A stretch of DNA of 64,000 nucleotides from contig CM120643.1 in assembly GCA_051362555.1 (NCBI GenBank), positions 22,944,848-23,008,847 of the forward strand. The letters are read 5' to 3'. The notes under the pieces were generated by a model. It was given only the letters and a program-made list of their open reading frames with translations, was not told where the DNA came from and made no database searches. How positions within the stretch are numbered: position 1 is the stretch's first letter; every line of letters starts with the position of its first letter. A program made the translations under genes and the position numbers. Origin of the DNA: Lingula anatina (taxonomy: Eukaryota; Animalia; Brachiopoda). Positions 53,001 to 64,000 of the stretch are shown one piece after another.

Positions 53001-53492
53001 ATAGGGTATTTGGGGGGCAATATTGAAATTGGCTGCCATATTGGAATTTTCAGACATGCCCCTATATCCAATGTTGCTTAGAATCATGTTCTACATAACT
53101 GTGCCAATTTTTATGCTTGTAATTGTAAGTGCTTGATGATTTTACAAAACTGCTGCATATTTTGTGTAAGTAAACTGCTTATTTTACTTTTGGAGGCCAT
53201 TTTGGAATTCTATACACCTGTAGAAGCGGATATTGATAATTCATTCATAGCATTATATTTTCCAGCTATAAAATGATATTCTAAACCATTTTAGGACTAT
53301 ATATTAGATGTTTTAATTTAAAAGAGTATTTGTGGCGGCCATATTGGATTTGGCGGCCATACTGGAATTTTCAGACATGCCCATATATCCAAAAAAGCTT
53401 AGAATTCCATTATCTACAACTGCGGCAAATTTCATGCTTGTAGGTAAAAAACGCACAATTCACCCTTTTTTCTGCACCAATTTCTTGGACTA
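50019..53492. mobile_element. Non-autonomous DNA transposon with TAG...CTA ends and long modular inverted arms (Academ-like)
   Basis: Left TAGTCCAGGAAATTGGTG..TTTTTACCTACAAGCATGAAATTTG; right CAAATTTCATGCTTGTAGGTAAAAAA..CACCAATTTCTTGGACTA; TTT on both flanks. Roughly 300-bp subterminal units with AAAATGGCCGCC-type motifs occur ~3x on the left and ~2x inverted on the right. The superfamily call is tentative. Confidence 0.72.
51544..51769 (+). repeat. Tandem duplication of a ~112-bp unit inside the transposon
   Basis: TCAGTTTACATGCATGA...CCAGTCTTCCAATGCTTCTGACTC occurs twice head-to-tail. Confidence 0.88.
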
Positions 53493-53663
53493 TTTCACAC
53501 AGCTATGAACACAAGTTTTCCACCCACTTGTCTTTGCAAATTAAACTTCACTGTACCGACTCAAGTTCAGTCTGCCTCTACAGAACCTTATCTCAAATTT
53601 CTTATCTGAATTGTATAATGAAGTTTTTTCTTTTTCCCCAGAGAGAGAAGCATGGCTGTAAGG

Positions 53664-53728
<65 letters not shown>
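53664..53728. repeat. (CT)n(CA)n compound microsatellite
   Basis: Direct reading of the sequence. Confidence 0.9.
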
Positions 53729-53729
<1 letters not shown>

Positions 53730-56700
53730 TATACAACCTACTACTACTTCCCATCCCTCTTTATCTCAACAGGTATAGATTTTTACCCACTCCTTTCCGA
53801 CTGTCTCAGGAGAAATGGGCAACACTGACTTCAAGATCTGCAAGAAGCTGATATTCACCCCTTTTAAACTATACTGCTAATTTAATCTAAAAGTCCTCCC
53901 TTATGACATCCATACTAGTACCTACTCCGTGTCATACCCTACAGGTGAAAACATCTATCTCCTCAGGTTATCACAGGACATAGGAGACCTACTACTCCAC
54001 TTAATGCACACCTTATCTTACCTGTAAAATTTTATATAGGATAATCAAATTATTCTAATCTCTGACTCACTGTTGTTTTTGATAACAAAAGCAAACCAGC
54101 TCTTCCCCTCTGGTCTGGTTAGAAAGTGTGCATTTTTTCACAGCAGTTTCTGTAATTGTGTCCTGATCCGAATTTTACATTCAGAGTGAGAAAAAATGAA
54201 ATAAAATAAAATAAAATAATTCAAAATCAACTTTCATTCTTATTCAAATATTCATGATCCATATCTAACCCTGAATCTTCATATATAGAAGTAATGGTAA
54301 GATATTTCTTCACTGAAATACTATCCTCTATACTGCATCCAAACAACTAAAAAATTACAAAAAGTGAAACTACATTTGGATAGAGAGATATATTTAGCTT
54401 CCCTTAAATATTACTGTAACAGCAGGCAATTTTTGACAGTAGCAAGTACTATAATATCAGCCAAATGGAATGTACACTACCACTGTCATGAAATCCCTCT
54501 ACCTCCTTCCATATGCTTGCATACATATATATATGGTAGTTCATTGAAATTTTCAAATGTTAAATCATTTCCAGTACTGGCACAGTATTTCACACTTTCA
54601 ATACTTTTTAGTTACTACTACTCTAGTACTCATAAAACTGTTCTTTCCCAAAGAAGCCAAATTCAAGTTGTCAAACATCTGAACCAATCTTTTTGTGTAC
54701 TACTTATAAAACAAATAGTAGTTTTGGAGAATACTATTACTTTTGTTTAGTTTGTTTAGTCTGAATTTAATAAATAACTACAGTACTATTTAACACACCT
54801 GTTGTTATCCCTGCTGTTTCCTCACCACACCCTTTACACACACACACACAAGTCCTGCTGTACTAAAGTGTCAGAATGATCAACATGGCTTGATCATTGA
54901 GATTAACATAATTGTTCTACTACTAAATGGATGAACCAAGAAAAAATCATTTTACAAATTAATTCACACTGGTCATGCAATTCAAACTGTTTGACATATA
55001 AACCATCGACTTCACACAATTGCAGTGACCCTACACTTCAAAGGCATTCAATCTACCATAGAAATCAATATTACATCTCTGCATGCAATGCTATGCTAAG
55101 GTAGCTGTCCATGATGGTTACTGGGTCCAAACTCATAACAGCCTAAGAAAAGAATAATGATGTTTTTTTCTTCCCTTTTAAATTTTTTTCTTGTAAATTA
55201 AGCAAATTTATTAGTTAATCTGGTGAAAATATTTAGTCATTTGGTTTAACATGCAGGTATTACTGTACACGCTAGTAACTTCAAGATTTTATTCTTGATT
55301 TGGAAAGAAAACAGAGAGAGAGAGAGAGCGAAAGGGAGCAAGCACCTTACAGGAGGAAAAGGAGTTGCACCCAAATTACTAGCATTACAAAAACTGAGAC
55401 CGTTTTTCAGATTAAACAAACAAGCACATTCTGTTTCACAGCCAACAAGACTGAGACACTGCATCCAGACATACAAACAGCTACTTCCTTATTGTATTAC
55501 AACCTGGTTATTCCACATAAAAAAAGATTTTTGACATGGAAAACATATACATAAAAAACAACAACTGTGACTGATAATCCAGTAAAACCTGCAATTTCAC
55601 AGAGCCTGCTGTTCATGGTTTCTCTTGTAGCAGCTTGCCAGAAAGATTTACTAGTATCTGCCGGTAATCCTTTGTAGCTTTCTCCCTCATCCTCTCAAAT
55701 CCATATAGTATACTATGTAGTCCTAGTACATTAACCAGTGTTAATGTATCTCAATGGCTTTACAAGGTCAAGAACTCGCCACCATCGCCTGCTGATTTGC
55801 CAGCATTTTTGGCCTAATGGACAATCTTGCACATGAACTTTGCCAAACATCACAGAATCATGGATTTCAAAGTTGTCAATAGCACTAAAAATCACACCAT
55901 AGGTCAAAACATATTATTAACAACAGAATGTCAAACAGCCCCATACTGTTACAGAACTAGTAACCACATAATCCAGTGACCAGCACATTATAAATAAATG
56001 AAACTACGCCTATATCTTACATCTGAGCCATTGTTACTGCCCTTGAAGATGACATAAGCCAGTGAGGGTATGGTAGCTAGCTGGCCATGCGTAGAGTAAT
56101 TCTATTGAAGTACAGCGAAGCCAAGTCAACCAAGCTGTATTCAGCAAAGCAGAGGGCAGGTCACCATTCAGCTGTTCTGAGTGTGTCTATTATTCCATGT
56201 CATTGATATCCGTCTGCATGCCTGGGCAGCCGAGTGCATGCTCTTCTCCGCTCTGAGTTTGTGATTTACCTCACAAGTTCATGAGCATGAATAATGAAGT
56301 GCACTTGTATGAATCCTCCTGTCAGTTTCGGTGTCTCTTTTCGATCTTTTTACACGTACCTCAGTCAACCTTGAAAGTTCTCTGTTTGCATTGGTGTTGG
56401 TTTGTTTGTTAGTTGTGGGAAAATACATCTTAAAAATTCAGCTACATACATCTTAATGAAATATTAAAGAAAGACAGTGTTTCAGATGGAAACAAGTGAT
56501 TCACAACTGAATTCCAACTGAATCTGGCTAGATCTTGTAACATTTTCAAAAGGACCTGCATTGTCTTTTGCCTTGGTGGAGGTCTGCTCTCTTGGAGTGC
56601 TTTTTAGTTTCCAATTGCAACTGGGTACAAATCAGTGGAATAATTGACATGGCCCTAAACAGGATCAGGTTATTAGCAAGGGAACATGGAAAAAGAAAAA

Positions 56701-57495
56701 AAGAATAACATGTGCAGGAGTTTAGATCAACACAATGCACATGGCATTAGTTTAGTCTCGGGAGGCATCAAGTTGCCCTCCAAGAAAACATTGTCTCGAG
56801 AGCGATATTTTTTCTTTCCTACTACCTCTTTCAAAAATAATCTTTTTTTCTTAACGTCATGTGTGTACTTGTACTAGATAAATATATTGCATTGCCTGAC
56901 TAATCAAACAAAAAGATGAAAATATCTATTGGAATCTAGATTTGACCTTTTTGCAGCACTAAAGAAATAACAAGCTGAAAAGGTACTAGTAAAAAAAGGA
57001 CTAGTATACATTCAATGGCTATCATTCTACAAGCCCCCCACCCCCTTTCCTACCAACTGCATCGGCTTAATTTTCAATACAATGCAAGACAGTAAAGGAA
57101 GATATTTAGAAGAGTTGTAAAATCTCTAAAACCCAAGCATTCAACACGCATTACCTGCAATAAGTACAGTAGCAATCCAACCTTCCAGGCTCAGCATGAG
57201 CTAATGGTATAGTAAGTACAAGTAACAAATGTTATTTCCCTAGAAATAATTTACCCTGGAGGAAAGTAACTTTCCATCACACTGAAAATATTTATTTTTT
57301 TCAGGTCTGGGGCGTTTTAAGTAAATGAAGTCAGCGAGTACTACCTTTATAAATGCTGGGAATGTGCCAGAAGACATTTTGGTAAGTCAGTTCTATTGAA
57401 TATTCCACAATTGTTCACTAGAATTCATTAACGTTACACCAAATTACAAACTTACAAATAACAGCTTAATATTTTTCATTTTCTCAATCATGAGC

Positions 57496-57587
57496 AAAAA
57501 AAAAAAAAATAAAATAAAATAAAATAAAAATAAATAAATAAAATAAAATAAAAAATAAAAAAAAAATAAATAAAAAATTTAAAAAAA
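57496..57587. repeat. poly(A)/(AAAAT)n low-complexity tract
   Basis: Direct reading of the sequence. Confidence 0.85.
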
Positions 57588-57689
57588 CTACAAAGAGGAG
57601 TGTGACAGTAACCCTATGCTGTGTTCCTTGATAAAAAGAGCCGCTGTGCCAGTAACAATTGTTTCCTGAAATTTGTCCCTGCCACTGAA

Positions 57690-57692
<3 letters not shown>

Positions 57693-57726
<34 letters not shown>

Positions 57727-57757
57727 AGAAAGAGAGAGAGAGAGAGAGAAAGAGAAA
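57693..57757. repeat. (CA)n(GA)n compound microsatellite
   Basis: Direct reading of the sequence. Confidence 0.9.
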
Positions 57758-60700
57758 GGGGGGAGGGAGTTTAAAGGGATACTTAGAGCCTGGTTATCAA
57801 GCAAGGCTCTCTGTGTCTGCCTATCAAACTGTTGTTCTTTTAATTAATCTTTTACTAATTTTAAATTTTGTTTCAATAATAATATCTGTAATATATTCAC
57901 ATCCCCGATAGTGACACAACTGTGATTTTCATTTTACGTCAATCATGAAGATCAAGTACTGTAAATGACATCAACAACCTGTTTCATTATATTAGTTATT
58001 ACTTACAAAAAGTCAGCAACGGTTACTAGTATAGACTTCTTTGCCCTTTTCCAGTGTGTGTGTGTACTAGTACATATATGTGTGTATGTGTGTGCCCACA
58101 TGCTTGCCCATGAGTATAAATTATGGTATCCATGAAATAAACATACTATTACCACCCATTCTTGCTTCATGCAATATGTAAAACTGCTTCTCAGAATATA
58201 CCACGTCTTCAGTTGATACCCACCCCCTCTCAGCCTAATCCTATATAAATATCAATCAATAACATATTGGTAATTACTGTAAATCTATTCTTTCTGATAC
58301 CAAACCTACCTTTCCCCGTCTCCATCAGCCACCACTTGCTCCTCTGAGGATAACACTGCTCTAGGTGGAAGTAGCCCTGAATCCAACGGAACTTATACAT
58401 GATACATCACCCACGCTATTCAATGCCCACTATTCCAAGTATCAACCACAAGTATAGACAAAAAACCCGGGGCAGTTATATTCCTCAGAGACACTGTTTA
58501 CTGTGTTCAAGCTATTATATTGCCATCCTTGACGAGCCAGATCATCCTAGGGTTTCAAAGTAAACCACAGGCTATGTTGATATGTTAGATGTTGATCTTC
58601 CTTGGAGACAATGTAACGGTACTAGTTAGAGTTAACAAATGAGCAACCACTTTACCCTCAAAGGAAGAAGTTTGCCTGTATGTGGCAGATAAGAGAAAGT
58701 TGCCACAACTCTTTCCTAATAAGGGGAGGCTGTTAGCCCTTGAGCCTAATATCCTGTTTTAACCACAGTTGTGGTCTGCCCATTTCATACCTAACAAGTG
58801 CCCAGGTATAGCAGGTATAGAACTTGCTATGTAATTTTACATATTCCCTTATGTCACGATGCTGCAAGGTATCATTATAATATTATATTTCATGATGATG
58901 CCGATGCTCTCATCCTACATCATCCTTGCCATATCATAAGGTATCATAATTAATGTATATATATTTCATGATGGTGTTGATGCTGTCCTTTTACACAGTC
59001 CACACATATTGCAACAAGGCAGTGCTATATTTCATGATGATGATGGTGATGATCTCTTGTGCTGTACACAAAATAATGGTACTTGTTGTTTATCTTCAGT
59101 ATTGGCATGTAACAGTAATTAGACCATAATTTACTGTCTAGACTCCTCATGGTGTCTGGTATATATCATCACAGCTTACAGGTATCAGAAGGATTCACTA
59201 CACCTTGTTCAGTGTCCAATGATCAAGACTTCAGAGTATGCCCATTGTAATAGCTCATTAAAGACACTGTGTTCTGTGACGTAATCTCTATCACTCCCAA
59301 TACAGTGGTTATAGCTGTACACACTATTCCCATATGCTATGTTGGAAGCCAGTGCCAGTACTGTATTGATCAGCTGCCATCAGCAATGGTCCATAGGCTG
59401 CATCTTTGCAATACGTCGTAAACATGGATTATTGTTATCATAAAGCACAGGCAGAGTGATCCGCGACTCCACTCGTTTTTTTCCTGTGAAATCACCAAGA
59501 CGCAGCTGGTTGTGATGCTGGAGTGTGCCACAGACTGTGAATAAAAATATTTCCTAGATTTCCTAGAATATTATTTGAGTACAGCTGTCTCAGTTGATAA
59601 GCCATGGCTGCTAATTCTTTGCAGCTTTCATCCAAAGGGGGGAAAAAAAGGTCTCGATCTTGGCATTGTTGTCCCTAATGCAGACAACCCTGCAGAATGC
59701 AGACAATCCTGCAATAATTCAAGTTTTCCTGGATTTGGTCCAACTGATCTAAATCACGATTCTGGGAAAAAATTGGATTTTTCTGCTTCACTACAACAGC
59801 CAACATGTGCCATGCTTAGATTTCCTCTCTGATTCAAAACACCCAAGCCAGTTGCACAACACTGTTTTTCAGACACAATCTTGTTTTGCAGGAATCTAAT
59901 GGCATAATCTAGTCAAGGTGTTTGAGTGTTTTGAGATAAAAACAACCTGTCATGTTCCGAGTTCGACTAGTCAGTGGTTTTTTATCAATAAGCCTACAGA
60001 TTTACTTATCCACAAAGCCATTAAATCCACTAATTTTCACTGGGATATAAAAGCAATTTCAGTTATCTTTATGGTTCAAATTGTTGACACTCTCTTCACA
60101 TAAAATCTGTTGTCATGGTCATCTATGAAGACCAGTGCTTTTACATTTCAATTTTCATCCATTTGTCATTAAACATGAAGATCAGTCTTTCCAGATTTAT
60201 TTTTTTCTCTCTTTTTCAGTTCGTCATCAGCTAAAAGTTAACTGATATTTTTTACAATAGACTGAAGAACTCCTGATGTGTACCCATTCCCTTCCAATTA
60301 TCAAGAAATCTCTTCTGACAAACTTCAGAAAATCCTCCATGAATTACCATAACTGCCTCTCTGCCAAGCACTGGTTAATACCAGTCCTATTTCCACTTGT
60401 AGCCAGGATGTCATACAGAGCTTGTCAGTCTTAATGGCATGTCATCAAGTTGAGACTCATCAGTGCTTTGCCATTAAAACATCTATTAGCATCCTATCCA
60501 CTTATAATCTGTTATCTCTGGCAGTGTCTCCAGTCTTCTAACATTTAAATATCAATACTACATGTTAGAGAGATCTGAGTAAGGCTTGACACAAAGTGTA
60601 CTGGGAAAAGTCAGGGTTAATTACTTATGCTGAAGCTTTCTTCTTTCACACTCTTTATTCAAGTTTTGACATTACCTCAATGATGGATATTTCGCTGTTA

Positions 60701-61878
60701 ACAACTGAAATGGCATACGCCTAGACGTCATTGTCATCATTCAGTTCTCTCAGTATCTTGTAAACAGACCCTGAGAACACCAATACATGCTGTAAGACTC
60801 TCATGAGCAGCCAATACCTAATGACATCACATCTTTACCTTCTTCTCTGTCTTCTTGGGAGAGGTGATATCCTTTCAGGATTGAACAGATCCATTAAGAC
60901 TGTAACTGCATAAACTGTAAGCCAGTTCATCTGGTTTCCTCATGGTTCTGAGGGTACTAGTATCAGACTAAAAATCTTAACCTTTGTCTACATCCACAAA
61001 CAAATCCACACTTTGATCCCTTATGGATGTAGAGGACAATTTCTACAGCCAGCCTGTAGATAGTCTAATCATAGTCTAATCATGGACAATCTGTGGTTTA
61101 TTATGCACATGCACAGATGTTGACAACAATACTGTGTCAGGCAGAAATACTTCTTTCAGGAGCAACATATGGGATTGGACATGTAAACATATAGCCCATG
61201 GTGACAGTATGCCAAGATGACAGATGACGAACAAACAACATGGGTTCTCATGCCTTATGTTAAGCATAAGTTTATACAAATCATTTAAAACAAAACCACT
61301 TCCAAATATGTGGAAAAATGTATTCCTGGACATTTTAATATAATGCTACCACTGTCACCAATCACATAACTAGACGATAAAATGTCTCACCTAAAAGCAT
61401 GAGAACTCACATGTTATCCTTCTCTAAGTGAAGTTACCAACATAAATGATTCTGCAAAAATTAACATTACTAGTATTTGTACTTCAATACAAAAGCATTA
61501 ATCTAAGGCAGCAGCCAAAATATGCCCCATCGCACAGTATACAAATACTAGTAGTGTTTCCCTTTTGCTAAGATAAGCATCTGCTGTCTCTTCGCTCCTT
61601 ATAGCTACTGATGTTCCAAATATGATATCAGTTAAATGTCAAAGTGGCGGGACCTAAGTGAAGTTCAGGAAGTAGAAATTGCTCTGTACACTGAGCAGAC
61701 ACACTGAATTTCAAAGGACACTGGAATGATGACTGTATCTAACATGCAGGGACCAATTTCATCAACACTGGATAGTGCTATCCTGTAGCTGAAATTGTTA
61801 TAGTATCCTCTGGGCAACTCTCCTGTGGGTAAAGCAATGCTTTCTAAACACTAGATACTTATTTTTGTTTCTGATATT

Positions 61879-62863
61879 CAGGCCTTCCCAACTACCAGAC
61901 TCGGCACCTACGGGTCCAGTATAAACCGGTTTATCAGACCACACTACCCGTTTTCAAGGTGTGTGTCAGATCGCATTACAGAGTATCAGCCACCACACTG
62001 ATTTTGCCTGGTGCGCGATGTGATAGCAATGATCATAAGCGGGGTTGGAAAGTAGTGCATCTCATCTTGATTCATGCGCTGCTGCAATTTTCTCTGTTTA
62101 TGCTAAAATCTGACAGTACCGCAATTTTTAACATAAAATTTAGGTTCGGACATAGCCAATGATGTTTTGTAAATAAGGACTTGCAAACTTATATATTAAT
62201 TTAGAAAAGTAGACCTAATTTTGATAGCGGAAGCATATTCTGTCGGGGGTTAAATATTTTCATTACTACCGGGATGGACGAGATTGAGGGCAGGGATAAT
62301 CCTAGAGAGGGGTGAGAAACGTCCATTGTTCTCGTCAGCGAGGCTGTCCTTTTTCAGGGTTTGTACGCACGGACAGAAAACTTAAGTATTGTGGGAACGT
62401 TACTAATGAAGCCACTGGTAGTAGGCCCTACTAGTAGATATCAGTATATAGTATATAGTATATAGTCTTGAACAAGCGCCTCGATGACGAGTGAACAGTT
62501 GTCAAAAACAAAAGACCCAGGTGTGGTAGTTCAACTACTGTTCATGCGTGCCGCAACGACCAAACCTAATTGCTCCTCAAGGTCACAAAACAATAACCGG
62601 TACTGACGGCTAGGCTCGTCTTAATCATATAAGTAGCGCGTTTCCACCCCCTGATTGAGGGAGTCGTCTGTTGTATTCATACGACTCGAACTTGACGAAA
62701 ACGAGGCGCGATACCCGGATGACAGGTAGGCTTACAGAATTTGTGATAGGGTATGATACTCTTTTATGCGATCTGACACACACCTTGAAAACGGGTAGTG
62801 TGGTCAGATATACTGGTTTATTCTGGACCCGTAGGTGCCGAGTCTGGTAGTTGGGAAGGCCTG
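61879..62863. mobile_element. Non-autonomous DNA transposon, 985 bp, ~110-bp TIRs, 5-bp TSD (hAT-like)
   Basis: CAGGCCTTCCCAACTACCAGACTCGGCACCTACGGGTCCAG... (61879-61988) is inverted at 62754-62863, with ATATT on both flanks. The interior is CpG-rich within CpG-poor surroundings. Confidence 0.87.
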
Positions 62864-63393
62864 ATATTGCTATCCAGTGGTAAAAATGGCTCCTATCCTC
62901 AGGATAACTGTCCAGAAGATAACAATTTTATTCAATGAATAGTGTTACTCAAAGGATAGTATAGGATCAGCTAGTTAAAGGGACACCTTGTCAGTCAGGA
63001 CAGATGCAAAAAGGAAAGCTGGGAAGCGTGTGTAGGTTATGTGTGTGTGTGTGTGTATGTGTGTATGTGTGTGTGTGGGGGGGGGGGGTGTGCAGCCAAA
63101 GAGTTTTTTCTTTCTTTTCTATTTTTTTTTTTTGGGGGGGGGGGGGGGGGGTCAGCTTAAAAACTACTTTATCACATATCCTAAGATGAAAGCTATAAGC
63201 TCACAGACACAAAGAATACTTAAAAAGTCATGTTAAAGCAAAATTAAAACAAAATTAATTGACTTGTCTGTGATAACAGTTGCCAATATCTGGGAACTGA
63301 AACCCAGGACATATCTGAACAAATACATAAATCAATTCTAGAGCCACAATCAGAAAGCCTCAAACAAATGAGTGGGGGTAGATAATACCTTGA

Positions 63394-63524
63394 CATTTAA
63401 GATCAAATCACCAGGAAGAATTTTTTAAAAAAATAAATAAATCTCCACGGGAAGGTGACAGCATTTAAGATCAAATCACCAGGAAGAATTTTTAAAAATA
63501 ATAAATGTCTCCACAGGAAGGTGA
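63394..63524 (+). repeat. Two-copy tandem duplication (~68 bp)
   Basis: CATTTAAGATCAAATCACCAGGAAGAATTTTT...TCTCCAC(G/A)GGAAGGTGA occurs twice. Confidence 0.85.
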
Positions 63525-64000
63525 GGGCTTTTTTTACTTGATTAGGAAAAAAAAATACTCTAAAGAGAATGTCCAATTAGTACCTCCTAATGTGCATTTT
63601 TAATTAAAGCTATTTGAGTCAATTCAAGCTCCCACTATGTTCAACTTAGTACTTACAGATATCTGGAACAGTAAAATCTTCATTCAATGGGGAAAACAAG
63701 TTCCTTCTCAGACTGCATTTAACTGAAAAGACGGTTACACCAGGACCTAAGTGGTTTTACTGTTTCTTCTTCTCAATAACAGTCCTGCCTTTTTTCTCCC
63801 TTGTAATATTTGGCAAACATTCAAGAGGCCTGGCTTAACTGGAAGTCTCTTAAAACCTGCACAGTATTAATTTTTATCTAGATCTGTGTCCTGGGTAGCT
63901 TTTGTCTTTTTTCATTTTAACTGCATGCAATGGCATACACATAATGCAAAATTTATATCTAATTTTGAAAGTATGTTTGGTTATTACTTGTGTATTTTTA

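Noticed and set aside
54015-56365. Minus-strand donor-like sites (CAG|GTAAGA near 54021, GAG|GTACGT near 56358) as TRIM 5'-UTR exons
   Set aside because: Plausible but cannot be supported without transcript data.
1-64000. tRNA, rRNA or autonomous transposase/reverse transcriptase genes
   Set aside because: None recognised by eye on either strand.

Overview
AT-rich, intron-rich animal genomic DNA, probably an invertebrate (lophotrochozoan/mollusc-like is an inference from the repeat families and patchy CpG depletion). No prokaryotic features. Three spliced genes were reconstructed by hand with consistent GT-AG phases. (1) ANKRD27/VARP on +, 26 coding exons, 1071-21670, ~1327 aa. (2) A small secreted signal peptide-PAN/apple-Ephrin_rec_like-SRCR protein on +, 31292-35735, ~311 aa. 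(3) A TRIM E3 ligase on -, 49014-45214, ~593 aa, with RING, two B-boxes, coiled coil and a divergent SPRY-like domain. The non-coding DNA holds many non-autonomous transposons: Helentron/HINE-like, PIF/Harbinger-like, hAT-like with 5-bp TSDs, and Academ-like. Most notable observations: two tandem WH2/beta-thymosin-like motifs in the VARP tail; a 42-bp minisatellite built from an ANKRD27 intron/exon junction that creates stop-carrying decoy splice acceptors; a ~4-kb inverted pair of HINE copies; and a TE ending ~30 nt upstream of the last ANKRD27 acceptor. All calls are by eye, with no database searches.
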